In this document: one piece after another, positions 9,560-23,164 of the stretch | Layout of the letters: every line of letters begins with the position of its first letter | Position numbering within the stretch: position 1 is the first letter of the stretch | DNA from: Acidimicrobiales bacterium | GTDB taxonomy: Bacteria; Actinomycetota; Acidimicrobiia; Acidimicrobiales; Bog-793 | Assembly (NCBI GenBank): GCA_050014835.1 | Contig: JBEKCO010000001.1 | Coordinates: 32,334 to 96,333 of the forward strand | Length of the DNA: 64,000 nt | Direction of reading: 5' to 3' | Notes under the pieces: generated by a model | What the model saw: the letters and a program-made list of their open reading frames with translations, nothing else | Databases searched by the model: none | Told to the model about the DNA's origin: nothing | Translations under genes and position numbers: made by a program

Positions 9560-12493
9560 ATGCCGGAGGATCACGCGCCACCGGTCGTCGCCGTCGTCGT
9601 AGCCTCCGATTCTGGACCGTGGTTCGAGAGGTGCCTGAGCGCGCTTCGGGCGCAGGACTACTCGGACCTGACGACGCTCGTCGTCGACGCGGCAAGCGGC
9701 GAGCCCCTCGCGCCCCGCGTCGCCGCGGTCGCGCCGGGCTTCTACGTCGTCCGGCTCGAGAAGAACGCCGGCTTCGGCCCGAGTGCGAACGCGGCGCTCG
9801 ACGTCGTGCACGGCGCGGCCTACTACCTGTTCTGCCACGACGACGTCGTCCTCGATCGCGACGCCGTTCGGGTGATGGTCGAGGAGGCGATGCGCTCGAA
9901 CGCCGGGATCGTCGGCCCGAAGCTCGTCGACGAGGCCGAGCCGGACCGTATCCTGCAGCTCGGCCTGAACATGGACCGCTTCGGCGCGCCGGTGCGCCGG
10001 GTCCAGCACCGGGAGTTCGACCAGTCCCAGCACGACGAGCCCCGCGAGGTCTTCGCCGTCCCGGGCGGCTGCATCCTCGTGCGCGCCGACCTGTTCGCCG
10101 CGATCGGGGGCTTCGACGACCAGATCTCGATGCTCGGCGAGGACATCGACCTGTCGTGGCGGGCCCGCATCGCCGGCGCCCGGGTCGTCGTCACGCCGGC
10201 CGCGACGGTGGCCCACATAGAGGCCACGGCGGCGCGCCACCGGCCGCTGCCGGAGGCCCGCGCCCTGCAGTGGCGTCACATGCTGCGCGCCGTCCTCAAG
10301 AACTACGGGCCGACCCGGCGGACCCGGATCGTCGTCGAGTTCGCGGTGCTGAGCGCTTTGGAGGTCGTGTACTTCGCGCTCGTCGGCCGTGGCCGCCGGG
10401 CGAAGGAGGTGATCGACGCCTGGCGCTGGAACCTGGCGCCGGCCCGCGACCTCGACGGCGCCCGGGCCGCGGTCGGCGCGACCCGTCGGGTGCCGGACCG
10501 GGTCGTGCTGCGCCTCGCCGCGCGCCGGTCCTCGCGGTTGATGCGGGCGGCGCGTCCCCGGGTCGAGGCGGTGGTCCTGCGCTGGAGCCGCCGGCACGGC
10601 CCGAAGCGCCTGCGGGCCGAGGGCGCGCCCGAGGGCCACCGGCCGCGTTGGATGACGATCTGCGCCCTGGCCGCCGGCTTCGTCGCCGTCGCCGGATCAC
10701 GGCTGCTCCTCGTCGGCCATCTTCCCCTCGTCGGCGGGTACCTGCCGATCCCGGAACCGTTCCACCTCATCGCGACCTACCTCGGCGGGACGACGGACCG
10801 GGGGACCCAGCCGACGGGACCGGCCTCGCCGGCGTTCGCAATCCTCGGCCTGGCGGGCATCGTCGCCGCGGGGTCGATGGGCGTCGTTCTGAAAGTCGGC
10901 ATGGTCGTTGCCGTCGTCGCCGGGGTGTTCGGCGTCGTGCGCCTCGTCCGCCCGCTCGGTCCCCGCGCCGCGTCGTTCGCCGCGGGGATCACGTACCTTT
11001 TCCTCCCGCTCGCCTGGAACGACCTCGCGCGGGGCGACCTCCAGGCGCTCGTCGTCTACGGCGGGATGCCCTGGATACTCGCCCGGATCGCCCGGGCGAC
11101 CGCGCTCCCGCCGTACTCTGACGAGCCGGTGCCGATCGTCGGGCGCGCGACGGTCGAGGAATGCCTCAGCCTGGGCGTGGTCGTCGCCGTCGTCGCCTCG
11201 TTCGCGCCGGCGGCGGTGCTCGCCATGCTCGTCGCCGCCGTCGCCTTCGTCGGGGTCACGTTCGCCTTCCGGGGCGTCGCACGGGGCGTGCAGTCGTTGC
11301 GCAGCCTCGTCGTCGCCGGCGGTTCGACCGTCGTCGCCTTCGCGCTGTGCTTCCCCTGGTCGGTCACGTTCTTGCAGTCCGGGGCCCGCTGGAGCGCGAT
11401 CACGGGGGTCACGTCGTCGGGGGCAGGGGTGCCGAATCTCGCGTCGCTTCTGCGCTTCGACCTCGGCCCGATCGGTGCCGGCCCGATCAGCTACGCCTTC
11501 GTCGCGGCGGCGCTCTTCGTCGTCGTCGTGGGGACGGCAGAGCGCTTCGCCTGGTGCGTGCGGCTGTGGGGCGCGCTGTTGGCGACGGTCGCCTTCACCT
11601 GGGCCGCGGGGGAGGGCTGGCTCGGCGCCGGGGGCGGAGCGGCTCGCGTCCTCATCGTGCCGGCGGCGGCGTGCGTCGCGGTGCTCGTCGGGCTGGGTGT
11701 CTCGTCGATGGCCCGCGAGGTGTCGGGCTCGCGGCTCGGCTGGCGTCAGTTCGCGACGATCGGTTTCGCCGTCGTCGCCCTGGTGGGCCTGCTGCCGGTG
11801 CTCGGGGCGGCCTGGGGGGGACGATGGGACGTCCCGCAGATCGGCTACGACTCGGTCCTCACCGCCACCGGGGACCAGAAAGGCCAGGGGCGCGAGCTCT
11901 GGCTCGGCGCGCCGCTCGCCCTGCCGCTCGTCGGCTGGCAGGTTCGCCCCGGTTTCGCCGAGGCGCTGACCGTCACCGGCCTGCCGGACGCCACGGCGCT
12001 CTGGCCGAACGCCAATCCCGGCGACGCGGCGCGGCTGGCCGCGGCGGTCGACGACGCCGAGCTCGGGCGCACGGTCGAGCTCGGGAAGCTCCTCGCGCCA
12101 AGCGGGGTCGAGGTGATCGTCGTGCCGACGGCGTTCGCGCCGGTGCTGACCGGTGTGCAATCCGCCGCCGCGGCGCCCTCGCCCGCAGACCTCGTCGCCA
12201 CGCTGGCCGGCCAGCTCGACCTGCGGGAGCTGCCGAGCGAAGGAGGGACGTATTTCTTCGAGAACACGTCCTGGCGACCCGACGGGGTCGCGGCCCCGTC
12301 GGTCCCGGGAGGCGGGACCCCGGCGCCGCTCCGCGAAATCGGGGTCGTGGCGGCGCTCGGCTGCTGGTTGTTCACGGGCCTCGTCGCGGCCTCCCGGCGC
12401 CGGCGGGCCCGGCGGTCGCGGCGCGCCGCGGCCTCAGCGGCCCGCCCCCCCGTCCCCCCTGACCGGGCCGAGCTCGTGGGGGCACGGTCGTGA
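9560..12493 (+). CDS. GT2 glycosyltransferase fused to a large polytopic membrane domain
   Basis: ATG at 9560. The N-terminal ~300 aa form a GT-A domain (VVVASDSGPW, LFCHDDVVLD, MLGEDIDLSWR). The rest has many hydrophobic helices. About 977 aa. Confidence 0.75.
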   Translation: MPEDHAPPVVAVVVASDSGPWFERCLSALRAQDYSDLTTLVVDAASGEPLAPRVAAVAPGFYVVRLEKNAGFGPSANAALDVVHGAAYYLFCHDDVVLDRDAVRVMVEEAMRSNAGIVGPKLVDEAEPDRILQLGLNMDRFGAPVRRVQHREFDQSQHDEPREVFAVPGGCILVRADLFAAIGGFDDQISMLGEDIDLSWRARIAGARVVVTPAATVAHIEATAARHRPLPEARALQWRHMLRAVLKNYGPTRRTRIVVEFAVLSALEVVYFALVGRGRRAKEVIDAWRWNLAPARDLDGARAAVGATRRVPDRVVLRLAARRSSRLMRAARPRVEAVVLRWSRRHGPKRLRAEGAPEGHRPRWMTICALAAGFVAVAGSRLLLVGHLPLVGGYLPIPEPFHLIATYLGGTTDRGTQPTGPASPAFAILGLAGIVAAGSMGVVLKVGMVVAVVAGVFGVVRLVRPLGPRAASFAAGITYLFLPLAWNDLARGDLQALVVYGGMPWILARIARATALPPYSDEPVPIVGRATVEECLSLGVVVAVVASFAPAAVLAMLVAAVAFVGVTFAFRGVARGVQSLRSLVVAGGSTVVAFALCFPWSVTFLQSGARWSAITGVTSSGAGVPNLASLLRFDLGPIGAGPISYAFVAAALFVVVVGTAERFAWCVRLWGALLATVAFTWAAGEGWLGAGGGAARVLIVPAAACVAVLVGLGVSSMAREVSGSRLGWRQFATIGFAVVALVGLLPVLGAAWGGRWDVPQIGYDSVLTATGDQKGQGRELWLGAPLALPLVGWQVRPGFAEALTVTGLPDATALWPNANPGDAARLAAAVDDAELGRTVELGKLLAPSGVEVIVVPTAFAPVLTGVQSAAAAPSPADLVATLAGQLDLRELPSEGGTYFFENTSWRPDGVAAPSVPGGGTPAPLREIGVVAALGCWLFTGLVAASRRRRARRSRRAAASAARPPVPPDRAELVGARS

Positions 12494-13934
12494 CCGATAC
12501 GAACGGCCGGGTCGCGTTCGTCGAGCGCCGTCGGCTCTCGTTCATCGCCGCGGTCGTCGCCGCCTTCGCGCTCGCCGGGGCGGCGAGCGTGCTCATCCAC
12601 CCCGCCGCGACGCCTCCGGCCTCGGGGTCGGTCGCCGCCGCGGTCCGGGGGGAGCCGGGCGCGACCTCGACGGCGTGGTTCTGTGCGGGCCCGTTGCCGG
12701 TCGGGACGCCCCACGAGGCGTCGTCGATCGCGATCGTGAACCGGGCCCCGTCCCCGGTCACGGCGTCCGTCACGACCGTCCTCCTCTCGGGCGCGACGAC
12801 GACCGAGACGTTCGCGGTGGCGGGGGCGTCGGAGTCGGTCGTCGGGCTCTCGCATATCCGCGCCTCGTCGTTCGCCGCGGCCCGGGTGATCGTCGACGGG
12901 AGCGGCGTCGAGGTCGTCGAGCTCGTCCACGGCGCCGCCGGGCCGGACGTCTCGCCGTGCACCGAGCAGGCGACGGGGACCCAGTATCTCGTGGCCGGGA
13001 GCACGGAGGCGAAGGACAACCTCGCGATCGCGCTGTACGACCCCGGCGCGACCCCCGCGGTCGCCAACGTGACGTTCGCCACGCCGATCGGACCGCAAGC
13101 GCCCCCGGCCTTCCAGGGGGTCCAGGTCGCCGCGGGTCACGTCGTCGTCCTCTACGTCGCCCACTCGCTCCCGTTCCGGCGCTTCGTGTCGGCGACGGTG
13201 CGTTCGTCGGGGGGCGCGATCGTCGCCGGGGCGCTCGACATCGTGACGAACCAGGCGACGACGCTCGAGGCCCTCGAGGGCCCGATCGCCCGCCCGGCCA
13301 CGCGGTGGTTCTTCGCCGCCGCCCCGGCGGGCGCCTCGGCGCAGCAGACCTTCGACATCTTGAACCCCGGGAAACGGACCGCGTCGGTCGAGATCCACCT
13401 CGGCGGGCCGAGCGGGGTCGGCGAGATCTCTCTCTCGCTCGGCCCCGGCGCGACGACGCGCTACACGCCGGCGCCGGACGAGTCTGCCGCCGCCCTCCGC
13501 TGGGCGAGCGTCACCTCGAGGAACGACGAGCCGGTCGTCGCGGCACGTGAGCTCGCCGTCGCCTCGCCGATCCACGTCGTCGCCCGGCGGGCGCAGAGCG
13601 CCGCGGCGCGCCGGCGCGTGGCCCTTTTCCGCCTGCCGTCGCTCCCCGTCGGGTTCACCGTCACCACCGGGGTGCCGGGCGCGGCCAGGCAGTGGATCCT
13701 TGCCGGCGGCCAGAGTGACGCGCACATCTCGGAGTTCGTCACCGTGACGAACACCGGTGCGGTGCCGGCGACGGTCGAGATCACCCCCATCGCGGGCTCG
13801 TTCGCCGGCCTCGGCCCGTTCACGGTCGCCGCCGACGGCTCGGTCGTCGTCGATCTCGCCGACCTGGCTGCCGCCGCGGGGCGGCTTTCGCTGCGGGTGA
13901 CGAGCGACGTGCCCGTCGTCGCGGCCGACGAGCT

Positions 13935-16034
<2,100 letters not shown>

Positions 16035-16045
16035 GGCGCGGCGTC

Positions 16046-16879
16046 GTGGGAGTTGACCTGCCGTTCCGGGCAGGCGACGCTCAGGGTGTGGACGTGGCTG
16101 AATCGCGCGAGGTCCACGACGTCGCGAGACGCGGGCTCCTGGGGGCGAATCCCTACGGGATCGGCTGGGCGCTCGGCGGCATCGCCGCCGGGTACCTGTG
16201 CTCCGTCGTCGCCATGAGCGCCTACGTCGCGACGAGCGGGCACCACCACGGGTCGGGCGGGTTCGGCGGCGACGTCGTCAGTCTCGCCGGGCTGTGGCTC
16301 GGCTTCGCCGGCGCCGCGGTCGGCGCCGCCTGGTCGCAACCGGGGCGGGCGGGCCGGCGCACGCTTTGCGCGCTCGCCCGCGAGTACGGGCTCGCCTTCC
16401 GGGTCTGGCCGGACGTACCCGTCGGGATCGCCTGCGGCGTCGTCGCGCAGTTCGGCCTCGTCGCGCTTTTGGAGCTGCCGCTCGAGCCCTTCGTGCCGCA
16501 CCTTTTCCACCGGCTCGACCAGCCGGCGCGCTCGCTCATCGCGAACGTGCACGGTCCCGGTCTTGTCGTGCTCGCCCTGCTCGTCTGCGTCGGCAGTCCC
16601 CTCGTCGAAGAGCTGTTCTTCCGGGGGCTGCTGCAACGCGCGCTGATCGGGCGGTTCGCGACCTTCTCGGCGCGCGCCGCCGTCCCGGTGGCGGTCGTCG
16701 TCGTCGGGCTCGTCTTCGGGCTCGCGCACTTCGAGGCGCTGGAGTTCCCGGCGCTCGCCGGCTTCGGCATCGTGCTCGGCGCCCTCGCGACGAAAACCGG
16801 GCGGTTGGGAACCGGGATCGTCGCCCATGCGACGTTCAACGCCGTGGCGTTCTTCTCGCTCGCCATGATCCACGTTTAG
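16046..16879 (+). CDS. CPBP family intramembrane glutamic endopeptidase (CAAX protease-like)
   Basis: Motifs EELFFRG, FGLAHF and HATFN. Multiple TM helices. The start may be one of the downstream GTGs near 16088. Confidence 0.75.
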   Translation: MGVDLPFRAGDAQGVDVAESREVHDVARRGLLGANPYGIGWALGGIAAGYLCSVVAMSAYVATSGHHHGSGGFGGDVVSLAGLWLGFAGAAVGAAWSQPGRAGRRTLCALAREYGLAFRVWPDVPVGIACGVVAQFGLVALLELPLEPFVPHLFHRLDQPARSLIANVHGPGLVVLALLVCVGSPLVEELFFRGLLQRALIGRFATFSARAAVPVAVVVVGLVFGLAHFEALEFPALAGFGIVLGALATKTGRLGTGIVAHATFNAVAFFSLAMIHV

Positions 16880-16925
16880 GCCAGGGGCCGTGGGGTCCGG
16901 GACGGCACGGGTATTGTCGGTGGAC

Positions 16926-18329
16926 ATGGCGGATTCCGGCGAGCTCGGCGCGATCTTCAAGGCCTACGACGTGCGCGGGATCGTGCCGACCGAGCTCGAC
17001 GCCGCCCGCTGCTTCGCGATCGGGGCGAGTTTCGCCCGGTTCGCCCGTGGGGCAGAGGACGCGCGGCGCCTCGCCGTCGCCCACGACATGCGGACGTCAG
17101 CTGACGAGCTCGCGAACGCGTTCACCGCCGGCGTGGAGTCCGAAGGCGCCGAAGTCGTCTTCATCGGCCTCGCCTCGACGGACCTGCTCTACTTCGCGTC
17201 CGGCGTCCTCGACGCGCCCGGCGCGATGCTCACCGCCTCGCACAACCCGCCCGAGTACAACGGGATCAAGTTCTGCCTCGGCGGTGCGAAACCCGTCGCC
17301 CAGGACACCGGGCTGGCCGAGATCGAGCGCGTGGCCGAGGAGATGCTCACAGCGGGTTCGCCACGGGTCCCCGCCATGACGACGGCGCTCGACGACCGGG
17401 ACTGGCTCGGAGATTTCGCCCGCCACGTCCGTTCCTTCATCGACGTCTCGAGCCTTGTGCCGCTGCGGGTCGTCGCCGACACGGCGAACGGCATGGGGGG
17501 CCTCATCGCGCCCCGCGTCTTCGAAGGCCTGCCCTGCACGCTCGACGTCCTTTTCGGCGAGCTCGACGGGACCTTCCCCAACCACCCGGCGAATCCGCTC
17601 GAACGGGAGAACCTCGCCGACCTGCGCGCCCGCATCCTCGCCACGGGGGCCGACGTCGGTCTTGCCTTCGACGGCGACGCCGACCGCGTGTTCCTCGTCG
17701 ACGAGCTCGGGGAGCCGCTCTCGGGGTCGACGACGACGGCGATCGTCGCCCGGGCGATGCTCGAGAAGCACCCCGGCGCGACCGTCCTTTACAACGTCAT
17801 CTGCTCGAAGACCGTCCCCGAGGTGATCGGCGAGTGCGGCGGGGTGGCGGTGCGCACGAGGGTCGGGCACTCGTTCATCAAGGCCCGGATGGCCGAGACG
17901 GGAGCCGTCTTCGCCGGCGAGCACTCCGGGCACTACTACTTCCGGGAGAACTTCGGGGCGGACTCGGGGATCATCGCCGCGGTCACGGTGCTCGAGGCGC
18001 TCTGCCGGGCGAACGTGCCCCTTTCCCAGCTGCGACAGCCGTTCGAGCGCTACGCCGACTCGGGCGAGCTCAACACGCGCGTCGCCGACACGCCCAGGGT
18101 CATCGCCTCGATCGCCAAGCACTACGCCGGGCTCGGCCGGCCCGCCGACGACCTCGACGGACTGACGGTCGACTCCGGGGACTGGTGGTTCAACCTGCGG
18201 CCGTCGAACACCGAGCCCCTGCTGCGGCTGAACGTGGAGGCGGCCGACGCCGGATCGTGCGCCGGCCACGTCGCCGAGGTCGAGGCGCTCATCCGGGATG
18301 CCGAGACGACAACTGAGGAGACGCGATGA
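16926..18329 (+). CDS. manB: phosphomannomutase/phosphoglucomutase
   Basis: ATG at 16926. Active-site TASHNPPEYNGIKF and Mg site FDGDADR. Confidence 0.85.
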   Translation: MADSGELGAIFKAYDVRGIVPTELDAARCFAIGASFARFARGAEDARRLAVAHDMRTSADELANAFTAGVESEGAEVVFIGLASTDLLYFASGVLDAPGAMLTASHNPPEYNGIKFCLGGAKPVAQDTGLAEIERVAEEMLTAGSPRVPAMTTALDDRDWLGDFARHVRSFIDVSSLVPLRVVADTANGMGGLIAPRVFEGLPCTLDVLFGELDGTFPNHPANPLERENLADLRARILATGADVGLAFDGDADRVFLVDELGEPLSGSTTTAIVARAMLEKHPGATVLYNVICSKTVPEVIGECGGVAVRTRVGHSFIKARMAETGAVFAGEHSGHYYFRENFGADSGIIAAVTVLEALCRANVPLSQLRQPFERYADSGELNTRVADTPRVIASIAKHYAGLGRPADDLDGLTVDSGDWWFNLRPSNTEPLLRLNVEAADAGSCAGHVAEVEALIRDAETTTEETR

Positions 18330-18595
18330 GTCTCGATCCGTTCCTGCTGTCGATCCTCGTCGATCCGGAGGACAAGGGACCGCTGTGGTACCTCGCCGAC
18401 GAGTCGACGCTTTACAACCCCCGTCTTCGCCGGCGGTACGCGGTGCGCGACGGGATCCCGGTGCTCCTCGTCGGCGAGGCGGAAAGCGTCGACGACGCCG
18501 AGGCGGCCCGGCTGACAGCGCGCGAGGGTGCGGCGGTCGTCACCGGAGGCGGGCCTGCCGGGCCGTCGCGACCGGAGGAGCGCGCGGGAGGGTGA
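18326..18595 (+). CDS. Trm112 family protein
   Basis: 89 aa with LLSILVDPEDKGPL and YAVRDGIPVLLVGEA. ATGA overlap with manB. Confidence 0.7.
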   Translation: MSLDPFLLSILVDPEDKGPLWYLADESTLYNPRLRRRYAVRDGIPVLLVGEAESVDDAEAARLTAREGAAVVTGGGPAGPSRPEERAGG

Positions 18596-19668
18596 TCCGC
18601 GCGGTCGGCGGGGACCAGCCGCTCGACTCGCTCGGGATGTTCGCCGCGGCGGGGGCGCTTCCCGAGCTCCTCGACTCCTCGATCGAGGACGTCGCGAGCC
18701 TCCGCCGCCTCGACGCCGTGCCGACCGGCGCCGTCGTCGCCTTGGGTGACGGGCCGGCGCGGGGCGCGGCCGAGATGGTCGGCGCCGTCGTCGGGGCGAC
18801 GGCCCGGGTGCCGCTCGTCGGGGTGTCGGGAGGCGACCTCCCGGGCTTCGTCGGCCGGGATTCGCTCGTCTTCGTCACGGCGTTCACGGGGGACGAACCG
18901 GATGCCTGCGCCGCCGCCCGGGACGCGGTGAGGCGCGGAGCCCGCCTCGTCGCGATCACGCGCGGCGGAGGGCTCGGGCGGCTGGCCGCCGAGGCGGGCG
19001 CCCCGGTCGTCTCCCTCCCGGATACGCCGCGGGCGCGCGGCGCGTTGCTCGCCATGGTCGTCGCGTTGCTCGTGGGCCTGGAGCGGGCGGGGCTCGTCGA
19101 ACCGGTGGGGGCCGCGCTCGTCGCGGCGAGCCACCAGGCGGCGCACCGTCGCGACGCGCTCATGGCTGCGGGTGGCGGTGTCGCGGGCGAGCTCGCGCGC
19201 CGGATCGGCCGGACGTTCCCCATGCTCTGCGGGGCATCGGGCCTCGGCGCTGCCGCGGCGCGCTGGTGGCAGTCCGAGATCGCCGCGAACGCCCGCACCC
19301 TCGCCGTGGTGGCGAGCGCGCCGGAGCTCCTCGCGGACACGATCGCGGCCTTCGGACAGGCGGGCGACGTCACGCGCCAGGTCCTCACCCTCGTCGAGCT
19401 GCGGTCGGACTTCGAACCGGCGCCGGCGGACCGGGCCTTCGGGCGCGTCGACGAGCTGCTCGCCGAGGTCGTCGCCGACCGGCTGGTCGTGCGCGCCGAG
19501 GGGGCGGGGCCGCTCGCGCAGCTCGTCGACCTCGTCGTCGTGGGGGAGTTCGTCTCGTTGCGACTCGCCGCGGCCGCGGGCGTCGACCCAGGGCCGGCCC
19601 CGGCGATCGACGAGTCGCCGGGAGGCGCGCCCGCGGCCGCGGTCGGCCGGCGCCGGCGTCCGGGGTGA
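18592..19668 (+). CDS. SIS-domain sugar isomerase (bifunctional phosphoglucose/phosphomannose isomerase family)
   Basis: GTG at 18592 with a GTGA overlap. The position after PMM and Trm112 matches the conserved actinobacterial arrangement. The motif match is weak and the call rests on architecture and synteny. Confidence 0.6.
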   Translation: MIRAVGGDQPLDSLGMFAAAGALPELLDSSIEDVASLRRLDAVPTGAVVALGDGPARGAAEMVGAVVGATARVPLVGVSGGDLPGFVGRDSLVFVTAFTGDEPDACAAARDAVRRGARLVAITRGGGLGRLAAEAGAPVVSLPDTPRARGALLAMVVALLVGLERAGLVEPVGAALVAASHQAAHRRDALMAAGGGVAGELARRIGRTFPMLCGASGLGAAAARWWQSEIAANARTLAVVASAPELLADTIAAFGQAGDVTRQVLTLVELRSDFEPAPADRAFGRVDELLAEVVADRLVVRAEGAGPLAQLVDLVVVGEFVSLRLAAAAGVDPGPAPAIDESPGGAPAAAVGRRRRPG

Positions 19669-21072
<1,404 letters not shown>

Positions 21073-21201
21073 CCCGCCCTAAACTTGTCCAAGGCCGGGA
21101 GCGGGTCTGTGGTTGAAAGTCGATGCCAGCCGCAGGCGAAACGACCCACGTAAGGCAACCCGTGGTTGCTGAGCATGGTGCGGCTTAGATGTAAGCCCCG
21201 C

Positions 21202-21229
21202 CCACGCGCCACCGCACGGTGCCGCGTGG
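21202..21229 (+). promoter_or_regulatory. strong stem-loop immediately 5' of the miaA ribosome binding site
   Basis: CCACGCG-C-CACC-gcac-GGTG-C-CGCGTGG. The outer 7 bp and inner 4 bp pair. GGAG follows at 21234-21237 and GTG at 21244. Confidence 0.4.
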
Positions 21230-21243
21230 AGAAGGAGCGAAGC

Positions 21244-22320
21244 GTGCCCTACAAGGTGGCGCCGGGTCGGTCCCGACCGACCGCCGCCATCCGGGGCGTC
21301 ACCTCCTCCGCGGGCGAGTGTGGGGTCAAAGACCAGGTCAGCCGCTCCCGGCTGACCGCCGGGGCGGGCCGGGCACCGGGCCGGCGCCACGTTTCGCTCG
21401 TCGGGCCGACCGCGACCGGCAAGACCGCCGCCGCCGTCCGCTTCGCCCGCCGTCACGGCGGCGTCGAGCTCATCTCCGTCGACGCCATTGCCGTCTACCG
21501 CGAGCTCGACTTGGGCACGGCCAAACCGACGCCCGACGAGCGCCGTGGCGTCGCCTGGCACCTCGTCGACGAGTGCGATCCCGGCGAGGAGTTCAGCGTC
21601 GCCCGCTTCCAGGCCGACGCGCACGTTGCGATCGCCGGGATCGAGGCGCGGGGCCACCGCGCCGTCCTCGTCGGGGGGACGGGCCTTTATCACCGGGCCG
21701 TCGTCGATGAGCTCGACCTGCCCGGGCGCTACCCGGAGATCGCCGCCGAGCTCGAAGGCGAGGCCGACGGCCCGGGCGGGCTGCGCGCGCTCCACGCCCG
21801 CCTCGTCGCGCTCGACCCGGCGGCGGCGGCGCGGATCGAACCAACGAACCGCCGCCGACTCGTCCGGGCGCTCGAGGTCGTCCTCGGCTCGGGCCGGCCT
21901 TTCAGTGGGGCGGGGCCGGGCCTCCGTCACTACGGGCCGACGCGCTTCTGCCTCGTCGGGCTCACGCTCGACCGCGGCGAGCTCGACCGCCGGATCGCGG
22001 CCCGGCTCGAGGCCCAGTTCTCCGCCGGTTTCGTCGACGAGGTCACCGGCCTCGCGGCACGGTCGCCGGGCCTGTCGCGCACCGCCCGTCAGGCGCTCGG
22101 CTACCGGGAGCTGCTCGAGTACGTCGCGGGGCGCGCAACGCTCGACGAGGCTCGGGCGGCGATCCTGCGCCGGACGCGGTCTTTCGCCCGCCGCCAGGAG
22201 TCGTGGTTCCGGCGTGATCCGAGGATCGTCTGGCTGGACGCGGCGCGCCGGGACCTCGACGACGCGCTCGACGACGCCGTCGCCGCGGCGGACCGCGGCG
22301 ATACCTGGGCGCGAGACTGA
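21244..22320 (+). CDS. miaA: tRNA dimethylallyltransferase
   Basis: P-loop GPTATGKT and DAIAVYRELDLGTAKPT. The GTG at 21244 has a GAAGGAG RBS. The ~50 aa N-terminal extension is GC3-rich, but the start remains uncertain. Confidence 0.8.
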   Translation: MPYKVAPGRSRPTAAIRGVTSSAGECGVKDQVSRSRLTAGAGRAPGRRHVSLVGPTATGKTAAAVRFARRHGGVELISVDAIAVYRELDLGTAKPTPDERRGVAWHLVDECDPGEEFSVARFQADAHVAIAGIEARGHRAVLVGGTGLYHRAVVDELDLPGRYPEIAAELEGEADGPGGLRALHARLVALDPAAAARIEPTNRRRLVRALEVVLGSGRPFSGAGPGLRHYGPTRFCLVGLTLDRGELDRRIAARLEAQFSAGFVDEVTGLAARSPGLSRTARQALGYRELLEYVAGRATLDEARAAILRRTRSFARRQESWFRRDPRIVWLDAARRDLDDALDDAVAAADRGDTWARD

Positions 22321-22324
22321 TTCC

Positions 22325-23164
22325 GTGGCATCGCTCGAACTGGCGAAGTACGAGGCGCTGGGCAACGACTTCCTCATCGTCGTCGACTGGGCAGGCGCGG
22401 GCCGATTCGACGCCGAGCTCGCCGCGTCGCTCTGCGAGCGGCACCGCGGCGTCGGGGCCGACGGGCTGATCCGCCTCTCGGCCCCCGAGCGCGGCGGCAC
22501 TTTGCGGATGGAGCTGCGCAACGCCGACGGAACACCGGCCGAGACGAGCGGCAACGGCCTGCGTTGCGCCGTCGTCTGCGCCCGCGACGCCGGGCTCGTC
22601 GCCGCGGGTCGGCTCGTCGTCGAGACCGAGGCGGGCGACGCCCCCGTCGCGCTCGACGCCCCCGAAGACGGCCGCCCGGTCACCGTGCGCGTGGGGATGG
22701 GGGCCGTCCGGGTGGATCCGTTGGCGACCTCTCCTGTGAAGGAGCGGCGGGCCTATCGGGTCGATGCCGGCAATCCCCACCTCGTCCTGCTCGGCGCGAC
22801 GCTCGACGGCGTCGATCTCGGTGTCGTCGGACCCGAGCTGGAGCGGGCCGTGTCCGGCGGCCAGAACGTGGAGCTCGCCGCCTGCCGGAAGGGGAGCGAC
22901 GAGATCGACCTCGTCGTCTGGGAGCGTGGCGCGGGCCTGACGCTGGCGTGCGGCTCCGGGAGCGCCGCAGCCGCCGCGGCCGCCCACGCGGCCGGCCTTG
23001 TCGGCGAAAACGTCGTCGTGCACAATCCGGGCGGCGATCTCGCCGTCGAACTGGTGGCCACCGACGGAGGGGTCGAGGTCACCCTCGTCGGGACGGCACG
23101 TCGCGTGGCGCGCCTCGTCGTCGACGTCGAGCCGGTCCCGACAAAGAAGGTCCGCGTCGCGTGA
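22325..23164 (+). CDS. dapF: diaminopimelate epimerase
   Basis: Motifs ALGNDFLIV, SGNGLRC and ACGSGS (the two catalytic Cys). Confidence 0.85.
   Translation: MASLELAKYEALGNDFLIVVDWAGAGRFDAELAASLCERHRGVGADGLIRLSAPERGGTLRMELRNADGTPAETSGNGLRCAVVCARDAGLVAAGRLVVETEAGDAPVALDAPEDGRPVTVRVGMGAVRVDPLATSPVKERRAYRVDAGNPHLVLLGATLDGVDLGVVGPELERAVSGGQNVELAACRKGSDEIDLVVWERGAGLTLACGSGSAAAAAAAHAAGLVGENVVVHNPGGDLAVELVATDGGVEVTLVGTARRVARLVVDVEPVPTKKVRVA

Noticed and set aside
21111-21200. GGTTGAAAGTCG and GCGGCTTAGATG, which resemble RNase P RNA signature strings (GAGGAAAGTCC... and ...CGGCTTA).
   Set aside because: The region is far too short. The P4 pairing partner and other universally conserved RNase P elements are not present. 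It was kept only as an unexplained structured spacer.
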